From contig OZ249437.1 in assembly GCA_965235115.1 (NCBI GenBank), positions 22,010,001 to 22,074,000 of the forward strand: a DNA stretch of 64,000 nucleotides. The letters are read 5' to 3'. Both the position numbers and the translations under genes were made by a program. The notes under the pieces were generated by a model, which made no database searches, had not been told where the DNA came from, and saw only the letters and a list, made by a program, of their open reading frames with translations. The stretch is from Laetmonice hystrix. Taxonomy: Eukaryota. Within the stretch, counting starts at the first letter, position 1, and each line of letters opens with the position of its first letter. Positions 1 through 12,270 of the stretch are shown piece by piece.

Positions 1-203
1 AGTACCATGTAGGGACTCCTCACTCTACTGTTTGGCCTCCCTGTACTGTTTGCTTGGGTACTAGGCCAGCCAGTACCATGTAGGGACTCCTCACTCTACT
101 GTTTGCTTGGGTACTAGGCCAGCCAGTACCATGTAGGGACTCCTCACTCTACTGTTTGCTTGGGTACTAGGCCAGCCAGTACCATGTAGGGACCCCTCAC
201 TGT
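1..203. repeat. Minisatellite, 53-bp unit, about 4 copies (cut by window edge)
   Basis: GCCAGCCAGTACCATG recurs at 65, 118 and 171. Confidence 0.9.
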
Positions 204-1449
204 ACTGTACTTCACCTTCACGTCTGGCCGGGGTTTCAATGTTATTGATGTGACTTATCTTTTAAAATATCATGGTCTGATGTTATCTCGAGTAGGCCTA
301 TCTACAGAATATTAAAGATAACATGGTTAAATCAAAAATTACCATTTATACGCCTGTATACAAACCATAACAGCAGTCTGCTATAGATTCAAGCCAGTCC
401 GAGAGCTGGCGACGTGATCAGATAATCTGCACTAGCGCCGCGTAGTGGGCAGGTAACGCACTATAAACGTGACTCCGCCTAAGCATCACTGCGACATAAT
501 GGTTTGAGATGAAAGGAAAGAATGGAATATTCATGGGTACAGAAGCGGAAAGGGTGAGGAAATATTACACGTTTAATACAACCTCTTGAACTGAATAAAA
601 TGAGAAACCTCAAAGTGAAAAGATATTATTCCTTTCGAAAGGTGATTTTTTTTAGGAAAGTACCAGAAATACGAATTACCAAATTATTGAATTGCCTTTC
701 CGTCTTAACGCTGTTTTATTTTACGGTAAGCAAGCGAATAAGAAATGTATGGTGATTATCTTTTGAGTGCAAATGTGCGTTTTCAAAACTTTCCCTTTAC
801 CTTTGATTAAATACGTGGCAGGATGATATATTTCGGCATTATCACTTCCTTAAATTAAAAACTCGTAATACAAAAAGGTTTTACCGAAATGAACCCTGAT
901 AGGCCTATAGTTATTTTGTAAGGCCTCTTCTCCGAACAGAATTCTGTCCATATCCCGGTTTATTTCATCAAATCATCCAGAGGAAGCATGTCAGAGAGGC
1001 TCACGTCGTAATCTGCAAGAAAATCCGACTTTCCCCGCCAGAGGGCGTGCTCGCACGAAGGTCCAGGGCTGGCGGGCGGCGAGACGCGGAGAGGGGTGAG
1101 GCGTTCCTTCAATGGTAACGTTTTCATGAAATTTGGAGTGAGGGGTTGGGGTAAGGGTGAGGGTGAGGGACGAGAATATGTATCGGGGGAGGGTTCGGGA
1201 CTAAGGTTATGGGGTAGGCTAGGGTTTGGGGATGGAGGGGTATATTTCGAGTTCTACCCCGCCCCCCCAAAGTTCGTGGGATTGTTACTATGGGGGTCTG
1301 TGAGGGGGGTGGTGGTGGCGGTGTGGTGGGGGTGGTGGGGGTAATCACGGTTTATTCTCTCATAGACTTTTAGACAAATTACCCGGTGGCCTAACCTTGG
1401 CGGTAAGTGAGGATTCGTGGCTGACATTGTGACCGGCTTTGTGGGCGCG

Positions 1450-1565
1450 CGCGGGTATTTATACCCCCGCCAGGGTATTTAGACGCCCGCGCGGGTATTT
1501 AGACGCCTGTGCGGGTATTTAGACACCTGTGCGGGTATTTAGACGTCCGTGGGGGAATTTAGACC
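1450..1565. repeat. Minisatellite, 20-bp unit (GCGGGTATTTAGACGCCTGT)
   Basis: About 5-6 degenerate tandem copies. Confidence 0.8.
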
Positions 1566-1610
1566 CCATCTTAATGCACGGGACGGGGAACCCCAATACT
1601 TCCACTGCTG

Positions 1611-2279
1611 ACAGATGGGTGTACGAGTGGGGGGACATGGCACAGATGGGTGTACGAGTGGGGGGACATGGCACAGATGGGTGTACGAGTGGGGGGACAT
1701 GGCACAGATGGGTGTACGAGTGGGGGGACATGGCACAGATGGGTGTACGAGTGGGGGGACATGGCACAGATGGGTGTACGAGTGGGGGGACATGGCACAG
1801 ATGGGTGTACGAGTGAGGCGACATGGCGCAGGGCTTTTACTGGACAGATGGGTGTACGAGTGAGGCGACATGGCGCAGGGCTTTTACTGGACAGATGGGT
1901 GTACGAGTGAGGCGACATGGCGCAGGGCTTTTACTGGACAGATGGACAGACGGGTGTACGAGTGGGACATGGCACAGGGCTTTTACTGGACAGATGGGTG
2001 TACGAGTGAGGTGACATGGCACAGATGGGTGTACGAGTGAGGCGACATGGCGCAGGGCTTTTACTGGACAGATGGGTGTACGAGTGAGGTGACATGGCAC
2101 AGATGGGTGTACGAGTGGGACATGGCTCAGGGCTTTTACTGGACAGATGGGTGTACGAGTGAGGTGACATGGCACAGATGGGTGTACGAGTGAGGTGACA
2201 TGGCACAGATGGGTGTACGAGTGAGGTGACATGGCACAGATGGGTGTACGAGTGGGACATGGCTCAGGGCTTTTACTGG
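1611..2279. repeat. Minisatellite, 31-bp unit with longer variants
   Basis: ACAGATGGGTGTACGAGTGGGGGGACATGGC; later copies add a CAGGGCTTTTACTGG module. Confidence 0.95.
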
Positions 2280-3689
2280 AATGACCACGAACAGATCACG
2301 CGACCAGTCATTCACCTAATCGTCACGTACTTCCTTGGTCCGTACCTCCATACAACAGCATACGTCCACGACAATTATACGTACAGGTGTGTAAGCTGAC
2401 ATTGACTGTTGAAGATTCCTTGAATCAGGAGAAAACCCCATGGAGTATACCTTTGACAAACAGTGTAACCCAAGCATGCACGAAATTTAACATCTACAGA
2501 TTAATCATAAGTCTAAGGTTATAACAGCCGCTGTGAAATGAGCTGCCATTAGCCAAAATCCCACGTGTGCATGGGGTTGGGTTGAAATTACAATAATTTT
2601 CGGCGTGGTAATGAGCCGCCACTTTACTCCCATGTTCGTATACTACTTACCCGCCCTTCCACTAATGCAATGGAGCGAAACGGACAAAAGGATCAGGCAA
2701 AAGATTACACCGTTCGGGTAAGTCGTGGCCAGTAATGTGGCCGTATGGCAGGAACCTCTCAGCAACCATTGATCACTCTGCCATTACCAATTTGTAGGGG
2801 GCGTGCGGTGGGAGTGGAGAGGGGGAACTCGTTGCCGGCCTGGAGGGGCGTAGCTCGAGGCGGCGGGTGGCCGAGCACGCCGGGCGGCCAGGCGGGCAGT
2901 GGTCCGGTCTGACCGGCGGCACCTCCTGACACGCCGCCAAATTACTTGTCGTTGATGGACTCCCGCCCGCCTCCTCCTCCTCGCCCACCGGCGCTGTTAG
3001 ACCGCCACCACCGCCTCCAAGTCAGCCCGGAATTAGGTCCAGGCTTGGCAGGGGCCGGAGAAAATAACCCGCTCCCTGGGAAATACCCCCTTCACTTCAG
3101 GATCACCGGGCGGAGGGAAGGCGCCAAGTTTTCTGTCAGACTCGGCGGGTGTTAGGGAGACATACCACACAGCCCCGAGTACATTAACATCACGGTAACC
3201 CAATCAAATCAGTTTCAGCCTAACACATCAGTCTAACACTGCGTTCACTTACCGGCACCAAAAACAACCTGCATACGTTTTACAGCACTGTGGAAAACAA
3301 CTAAATCTTCTTCAGCCTGTTCTAGTTAACTTCACTTAGATAACGAGGACCTGGCGTTCTCGTGACCTCTAATTCTGAGTGATTGCCGGGGTTAAGTGAG
3401 GTCAGGATCTCTGTAGCCTCACTTTCGACTTGTCAGGGGTTGCTCGCCACACAAGACGTCTAGCTGATGTCTTCAACACAAGACTTCCCCCACCACACAC
3501 AAACACCCACACCCACACTCACACACCTGGAGAAACGACCTCACACAACTTGTTTGCTTCACCTGAGGAAAGAACCCGGGAACACGGCGACAACGGAATA
3601 TTCTGATTTTTTTTAACAAATACGTAGAAGGGCCTTCCTCCTGCAGACCGGAAGCTACCTGAAGCTGTTCAACATTGAAAAGTCGCGCT

Positions 3690-3832
3690 GGGGGGAGTAT
3701 TCTTGGAGTACGCAGGGCAGTAACTACGACATGGGGAGTATTCTTGGAGTACGCAGGGCAGTAACTAGTACATGGGGAGTATTCTTGGAGTACCCAGGGC
3801 AGTAACTAGTACATGGGGGAAGTATTCTTGTT
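3690..3832. repeat. About 41-bp tandem repeat, 3 copies
   Basis: GGGGAGTATTCTTGGAGTACGCAGGGCAGTAACTA repeated. Confidence 0.85.
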
Positions 3833-4301
3833 GTAGTACGAACAGTTCCAGAGGGATGATATATCCCGCTACCCACTCGGTATTTAGTTTTTCTCAACAA
3901 GGCACAGGCAGGTTCATTGTATTGATTATACATTTTTATTTTTGACAATGTTCCTTTATACATAATGTGACGACATGATGTACTAAGTAAATTTATTTCC
4001 AATCCTGTGAACCTCTGCAGATGTTATCGTGGGGGAATAACCGACTAACATGTGGCCCCGGGATTGGCCATCAACACACCGAAACCTAAGTAACCTGTCG
4101 AGTCGCATCACTCCATACCTCAGCACCTCCTGGCGGGGACCTACTTTACTAAATGGAGGCCCCCGACCCGAGGTCGCACACGGGTCACGATGAGCAGGGA
4201 GAGATGATTGCGGACATTCATATGAAGACGATGATGGACATGATGATGATGGTGATGCTGACCGTCAGCTGATGGTCACTGTGTGGTCAGTGACTGGACA
4301 G

Positions 4302-4402
4302 TTACTTGGTGCCGCGACCCTTGCCCATCATCATCTGTTTGGGCGGACCTCCCGGCCCACCTCCCCGACCGGGCCCTCCACGGCCCCGCTGGCCGAACGT
4401 CC
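4302..4402 (-). CDS. LSM4: LSM4 terminal coding exon 5 ([33 protein letters not shown])
   Basis: tttcag| acceptor; phase 1 completes the split Gly codon from exon 4. GRG-TFGQRGRGG parallels human GRG-VFGGRGRGG. Sense AATAAA signals lie downstream at about 3992-3997 and 3935-3940. Total CDS 420 nt = 139 aa. Confidence 0.85.
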
Positions 4403-4409
4403 CTGAAAC

Positions 4410-4692
4410 ACGGTCAAATAGGTCAAAGATACAGTTAGCATAAATTTAGGTCAAAGATAGCGTTTGCATAAAAACTAGGTCAAAGATACAGAGAAACGTG
4501 AAACTAGGCCAAATAGTTAGCCTGAACTAGGTCAAAGATAGTTTGCATGAAACTAGGTCAAGACTATGTTAGCATAAAACTAGGTCAAAGGTACAGAGTG
4601 CATAAAACTAGGTCAAAGATACAGAGTGCATAAAACTAGGCCTTAGCCAAAATTGGGTCAAGATACAGTGTTAGCCTGAAACTTGGTCAAAC
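4410..4692. repeat. Degenerate repeat of about 26-30 bp next to the LSM4 exon 5 acceptor
   Basis: About 10 copies of the AAACTAGGTCAAAGATA core. Confidence 0.8.
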
Positions 4693-5552
4693 GCATCGTT
4701 TGCCAGAATCAAATGGTGTTATCCTAAAACTGTAGTAAGGGCCGGGTGATACACACTGTACTGTATACAGCTTGTTTGGTCTAAAAGGTCCAAGGAGCAG
4801 AGAGAAAAATAAATTCCATGAATGGCACCAAAATGTTAAAATTGAACCATGCGAACATCGTACCAATGTTACAGTATTCCCAAAGCGCCCCCATTATTCA
4901 CCACCAAATCATTTTGACCTAATCTGAATGTCACCACATTATCATGTTCTCTGACAGCTTACACAAACACAAAGGCTAACATCCTGTTCAAAATCTCGCA
5001 CAAAGCTGCACATACACAAGACGACAAGAAGTGCGATCATGGCAGGCCGATACATCTATAAGTGATGAGGCTGAGGGTGTGGATGACAGAGGTACCTTTG
5101 TTCAGTTATCAGTGATAGATGTGCCTGGCACAGGTCGGCCCTGATGTACCATCAATAATGTATCTCCATAGACCTGATCCTCTCCATGACAACATTAACT
5201 ACAGATCACTTTTCTTGTCGGAAACAACGGCGCGAGACCTTAAGGACCTCCCGGAAACATGAGATGTAAATCCACCCAGAAACCAAGCTCTCGGAACGCA
5301 AACGTTTTGGCGGGAGAATATAGTTTATGTGATAATCCCAAATGGTTCTTAGCTCAGATTAAACCTGGGCCAATAGAAACCATCATAGACGCGAAATTAC
5401 CCTGTTCAATTCCTGTACTTGATAATATTGAGTCAGTATTTAGGGGAAATTGTGCAATGAAACGATTGTTGTGCCTCACGAATGAATAATGCTTTCCCTT
5501 AATCTTAAAGACATAAGGGCCATAATCTCAAACCCTACTAGACGTCAATAAC

Positions 5553-6798
5553 GGGTTACGATGTCAAGCCATACAATGGCATGATTTGAGGGTTACGATC
5601 TCAAGGCATACAATGGCATGATTTGAGGACTACGATCTCAAGCCATACAATGGCATGATTTGAGGGTTACGATCTCAAGCCATACAATGGCATGATTTGA
5701 GGGTTACGATCTCAAGCCATACAATGGCATGATTTGAGGGCTACGATCTCAAGCCATACAATGGCATGATTTGAGGGTTACGATCTCAAGCCATACAATG
5801 GCATGATTTGAGGACTACGATCTCAAGCCATACAATGGCATGATTTGAGGGTTACGATCTCAAGGCATACAATGGCATGATTTGAGGGTTACGATCTCAA
5901 GCCATACAATGGCATGATTTGAGGGTTACGATCTCAAGGCATACAATGGCATGATTTGAGGGCTACGATCTCAAGGCATACAATGACATGATTTGAGGGC
6001 TACGATCTCAAGGCATACAATGGCATGATTTGAGGGTTACGATCTCAAGCCATACAATGGCATGATTTGAGGGCTACGATCTCAAGGCATACAATGGCAT
6101 GATTTGAGGGCTACGATCTCAAGCCATACAATGGCATGATTTGAGGGTTACGATCTCAAGCCATACAATGGCATGATTTGAGGGTTACGATCTCAAGCCA
6201 TACAATGACATGATTTGAGGGTTACGATCTCAAGGCATACGACATGATTTGAGGGTTACGATCTCAAGCCATACAATGGCATGATTTGAGGGCTATGATC
6301 TCAAGCCATACAATGGCATGATTTGAGGGTTACGATCTCAAGCCATACAATGGCATGATTTGAGCGTTACGATCTCAAGCCATACACTGGCATGATTTGA
6401 GGGTTACGATCTCAAGCCATACAATGGCATGATTTGAGGGTTACGATCTCAAGCCATACAATGGCATGATTTGAGGGTTACGATCTCAAGCCATACACTG
6501 GCATGATTTGAGGGTTACGATCTCAAGGCATACAATGGCATGATTTGAGGGTTACGATCTCAAGCCATACAATGGCATGATTTGAGGGTTACGATCTCAA
6601 GCCATACAATGGCATGATTTGAGGTTTACGATCTCAAGCCATACAATGGCATGATTTGAGGGTTACGATCTCAAGCCATACAATGGCATGATTTGAGGTT
6701 TACGATCTCAAGCCATACAATGGCATGATTTGAGGACTACGATCTCAAGCCATACAATGGCATGATTTGAGGGCTACGATCTCAAGCCATACAATGGC
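5553..6798. repeat. Minisatellite, 37-bp unit, about 33 copies
   Basis: GGGTTACGATCTCAAGCCATACAATGGCATGATTTGA. Confidence 0.97.
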
Positions 6799-6844
6799 GC
6801 AATCAAAGGGCCACAACCTAAAGCCAACCAGGCACCGGGCTGAG

Positions 6845-7022
6845 CTGTTACTAGTATGGTACAGTTCCGGGGTCTGTGGCTCCTACAACCGGCACAGAGG
6901 TGTCACTGTTACTAGTATGGTACAGTTCCGGGGGTCTGTGGCTCCTACAACCTGCACAGAGGTGTCACTGTTACTAGTATGGTACAGTTCCTGGGTCTGT
7001 GGCTCCTACAACCGGCACAGAG
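6845..7022. repeat. About 61-bp tandem repeat, 3 copies
   Basis: CTGTTACTAGTATGGTACAGTTCC...GGCTCCTACAACC. Confidence 0.88.
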
Positions 7023-7493
7023 TAAGGTGTGTGTGTTAATTTGTACAGGTGACGCCAGCCAAACCCGCCCCCTGTTGGACCAATTACAGGTGAGCGACCA
7101 ACAGGTGGGACTCGGTAGCTATTACACTGTTGATGTGTGAACAGTGGAGGTCAGGTAGGGGGGCATGTTGTAAGACACCTTCGGAAAACATAGTGAGATC
7201 AACTAACAACTCACATCGCACACTGCCACTGGTCACAATCCATACGTCAACGCTAAAAAACACATTTTGAGTGTTGTTTTCAGATGTGGAGAGGGGTGCT
7301 TTGAGATGTTGAGACGTGGCCGGGTGAGGATGAAAGAGAAGCCGACGGGAAGGGGTTGAGGTGGCCCAAGGCTGGGGGGAGGTCCTTCAGCTATTGACCA
7401 CATCCTGACGGTGTGACACGACTCCATCACGACCTGTCACTCAGTCACTGCAACCACCTGTCACTACCTGTCACCGCGTCAACCGTCACCCTC

Positions 7494-7862
7494 AGCTCAC
7501 CCCTTACCACTCTAACACCGGGGGAGGAGAAGCTCACCCCTTACCACTCTAACACCGGGGGAGGAGAAGCTCACCCCTTACCACTCTAACACCGGGGGAG
7601 GAGAAGCTCACCCCTTACCACTCTAACACCGGGGGAGGAGAAGCTCACCCCTTACCACTCTAACACCGGGGGAGGAGAAGCTCACCCCTTACCACTCTAA
7701 CACCGGGGGAGGAGAAGCTCACCCCTTACCACTCTAACACCGGGGGAGGAGAAGCTCACCCCTTACCACTCTAACACCAGGGGGAGGAGAAGCTCACCCC
7801 TTACCACTCTAACACCAGGGGGAGGAGAAGCTCACCTCTTACCACTCTAACACCGGGGGAGC
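7494..7862. repeat. Minisatellite, 37-bp unit, about 10 copies
   Basis: AGCTCACCCCTTACCACTCTAACACCGGGGGAGGAGA. Confidence 0.95.
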
Positions 7863-7981
7863 AGACGGAGGGGGTGATCTAATTATTACATGTCCCGCTG
7901 ATCACTGGTCGTATTATCTGATTGTTTCGGCTTTCTACAATGTCAGTGACCTACAAGGTCTATAAACGTTCTCTTTCCTTT

Positions 7982-8235
7982 GGGGCCTCGGGTGGCCGAG
8001 TGGTCAAAGGTGCTGGCTCATGAGACCTGGAACCATCGCCTCACACCGCTGCGGTCCTGCGAAATGTGCATTTCGCCGGACATGTGTGAAAGGTTCGTCA
8101 GTCAGTTCCTTCCCCAAGGTCGGTGGTTTCCTCCGGGCACTCCGGTTTCCTCCACCAAGAAAAACTGACTTTCATCATCACCTTCACCGCCGTGATATGA
8201 CCCTGGCTGTTGCAAGGCGTAAAACCCCAAATACC
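7982..8235 (+). mobile_element. tRNA-derived SINE, near full length (V/Meta-core-like)
   Basis: A-box TGGCCGAGTGG at 7993; central GGTCGGTGGTTTCCTCCGGGCACTCCGGTTTCCTCCACC resembles recalled invertebrate V/Meta SINE cores; second copy at 51733-51887. Confidence 0.7.
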
Positions 8236-8825
8236 CATTATCTTTCCTTTAAAGGCACGTTCTCTACCCCACTCGGGTTTCTCAGCAGAGTGGTCACAGA
8301 GCACAGCTAGCAGTACCGCCCCCTTTCCCAGTTTTAGCAATATCTTACACTTTATCACTGTACGCGCAAACTATGCATATTACAAGGTCACTGTTGAGGA
8401 GATGCTGCAGGCCTGGAGCGCCTTCCCCACGTAATTTCGTCTCCTACTGCTCGTTATACATAATACCACAGCAGTGGGCGTCACGCCTACTCTCATGTTT
8501 GTAACTACGCTTACCTCCGGCCAACTGCCACCCTTGGTGGGAGAAGGTGGAGGGATTGTGAACGGTTCCACCCTGTCACGCCAGCTCAACTACCCGCTGT
8601 TTTACGACAACACTCCACTTAATTGGCACAGCCATATAATACTGATTGTAAATTGGATGGACAAACGCTGGTCAGAATAAAGCCGAATGACTATTTTATG
8701 TAGGTGTATTATGAAGTGGGGAGTCCCATTGTTGGGGGGTTCTTTACGTAAGATTCTGCCAGAAATCGTAACAAAACTTGTTTCATTATGTGAACCTCCG
8801 TGACGTGTTACGTAATCAGTGGCAA

Positions 8826-11800
8826 GGTTTATAACACCTTCCATTCAACCTGACCACAGCGAGGGTACTACAGTCACTCCCAGACTGTCCTGACAACCCA
8901 CACACATCACAACACCTTCCATTCAACCTGACCACAGCCAGGGTACTACAGCCAGTCCCAGTGACAACCCACACACACCTGACCACAGCCAGGGTACTAC
9001 AGCCAGTCCCAGTGACAACCCACACACACCTGACCACAGCCAGGGTACTACAGCCAGTCCCAGTGACAACCCACACACACCTGACCACAGCCAGGGTACT
9101 ACAGCCAGTCCCAGTGACAACCCACACACACCTGACCACAGCCAGGGTACTACAGCCAGTCCCAGTGACAACCCACACACACCTGACCACAGCCAGGGTA
9201 CTACAGCCAGTCCCAGTGACAACCCACACACATCACAACACCTTCCAATCAACCTGACCACAGCACATCACAACACCTTCCATTCAACCTGACCACAGCC
9301 AGGGTACTACAGTCAGTCCCAGACTGTCCTGACAACTCCGACACACATCACAACACCTTCCATTCAACCTGACCACAGCACATCACAACACCTTCCATTC
9401 AACCTGACCACAGCACATCACAACACCTTCCATTCAACCTGACCTCAGCACATCACAACACCTTCCATTCAACCTGACCACAGCACACATCACAACACCT
9501 TCCATTCAACCTGACCACAGCCAGGGTACTACAGTAAATCCCAGACTGTCCTACAACCCACACACATCACAACACCTTCCATTCAACCTGACCACAGCAC
9601 ACATCACAACACCTTCCATTCAACCTGACCACAACACACATCACAACACCTTCCATTCAACCTGACCACAGCACACATCACAACACCTTCCATTCAACCT
9701 GACCACAGCACACATCACAACACCTTCCATTTAACCTGACCACAGCACACATCACAACACCTTCCATTCAACCTGACCACAGCACATCACAACACCTTCC
9801 ATTCAACCTGACCACAGCACATCACAACACCTTCCATTCAACCTGACCACAGCACATCACAACACCTTCCATTCAACCTGACCACAGCACACATCACAAC
9901 ACCTTCCATTCAACCTGACCACAGCCAGGGTACTACAGTAAATCCCAGACTGTCCTACAACCCACACACATCACAACACCTTCCATTCAACCTGACCACA
10001 GCACACATCACAACACCTTCCATTCAACCTGACCACAACACACATCACAACACCTTCCATTCAACCTGACCACAGCACACATCACAACACCTTCCATTCA
10101 ACCTGACCACAGCACACATCACAACACCTTCCATTTAACCTGACCACAGCACACATCACAACACCTTCCATTCAACCTGACCACAGCACATCACAACACC
10201 TTCCATTCAACCTGACCACAGCACACATCACAACACCTTCCATTCAACCTGACCACAGCACACATCACAACACCTTCCATTCAACCTGACCACAGCACAC
10301 ATCACAACACCTTCCATTCAACCTGACCACAGCACACATCACAACACCTTCCATTCAACCTGACCACAGCACACATCACAACACCTTCCATTCAACCTGA
10401 CCACAGCACATCACAACACCTTCCATTCAACCTGACCACAGCACACATCACAACACCTTCCATTCAACCTGACCACAGCACACATCACAACACCTTCCAT
10501 TCAACCTGACCACAGCACACATCACAACACCTTCCATTCAACCTGACCACAGCACACATCACAACACCTTCCATTCAACCTGACCACAGCACATCACAAC
10601 ACCTTCCATTCAACCTGACCACAGCACATCACAACACCTTCCATTCAACCTGACCACAGCACATCACAACACCTTCCATTCAACCTGACCACAGCACATC
10701 ACAACACCTTCCATTCAACCTGACCACAGCACACATCACAACATCTTCCATTCAACCTGACCACAGCCAGGGTACTACAGTAAATCCCAGACTGTCCTAC
10801 AACCCACACACATCACAACACCTTCCATTCAACCTGACCACAGCACACATCACAACACCTTCCATTCAACCTGACCACAACACACATCACAACACCTTCC
10901 ATTCAACCTGACCACAGCACACATCACAACACCTTCCATTCAACCTGACCACAGCACACATCACAACACCTTCCATTTAACCTGACCACAGCACACATCA
11001 CAACACCTTCCATTCAACCTGACCACAGCACATCACAACACCTTCCATTCAACCTGACCACAGCACATCACAACACCTTCCATTCAACCTGACCACAGCA
11101 CACATCACAACACCTTCCATTCAACCTGACCACAACACACATCACAACACCTTCCATTCAACCTGACCACAGCACACATCACAACACCTTCCATTCAACC
11201 TGACCACAGCACACATCACAACACCTTCCATTTAACCTGACCACAGCACACATCACAACACCTTCCATTCAACCTGACCACAGCACATCACAACACCTTC
11301 CATTCAACCTGACCACAGCACACATCACAACACCTTCCATTCAACCTGACCACAGCACACATCACAACACCTTCCATTCAACCTGACCACAGCACACATC
11401 ACAACACCTTCCATTCAACCTGACCACAGCACACATCACAACACCTTCCATTCAACCTGACCACAGCACACATCACAACACCTTCCATTCAACCTGACCA
11501 CAGCACACATCACAACACCTTCCATTCAACCTGACCACAGCACATCACAACACCTTCCATTCAACCTGACCACAGCACACATCACAACACCTTCCATTCA
11601 ACCTGACCACAGCACACATCACAACACCTTCCATTCAACCTGACCACAGCACACATCACAACACCTTCCATTCAACCTGACCACAGCACACATCACAACA
11701 CCTTCCATTCAACCTGACCACAGCACATCACAACACCTTCCATTCAACCTGACCACAGCACATCACAACACCTTCCATTCAACCTGACCACAGCCAGGGT

Positions 11801-12270
11801 ACTACAGTCAGTCCCAGACTGTCCTACAACCCAAACACAGCACAACACCTTCCATTCAACCTGACCACAGCACACATCACAACACCTTCCATTCAACCTG
11901 ACCACAGCACACATCACAACACCTTCCATTCAACCTGACCACAGCATATCACAACACCTTCCATTCAACCTGACCACAGCACACATCACAACACCTTCCA
12001 TTCAACCTGACCACAGCCAGGGTACTACAGGCAGTCCCAGTGACAACCCACACACATCACAACACCTTCCAATCAACCTGACCACAGCCAGGGTACTACA
12101 GCCAGTCCCAGACTGTCCTGACAACCCTCACACATCACAACACCTTCCATTCAACCTGACCACAGCACATCACAACACCTTCCATTCAACCTGACCACAG
12201 CACACATCACAACACCTTCCATTCAACCTGACCACAGCACATCACAACACCTTCCATTCAACCTGACCAC
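8826..12270. repeat. Composite satellite part A: 35/37-bp unit plus a block of 51-bp units
   Basis: CCTGACCACAGCA(CA)CATCACAACACCTTCCATTCAA; 51-bp unit, about 6 copies, at about 8930-9230. Confidence 0.97.

Noticed and set aside
1135-1345. G-rich tract with telomere-like/G-quadruplex potential
   Set aside because: Degenerate, with no true (TTAGGG)n run; probably a remnant of a common repeat element and not supportable further.
2740-3155. GC-rich segment with short Pro/Gly-rich ORFs on both strands
   Set aside because: No frame gave a recognisable protein or a clean ATG-plus-splice model; it may be a UTR, CpG-island-like region or TE. Left uncalled.
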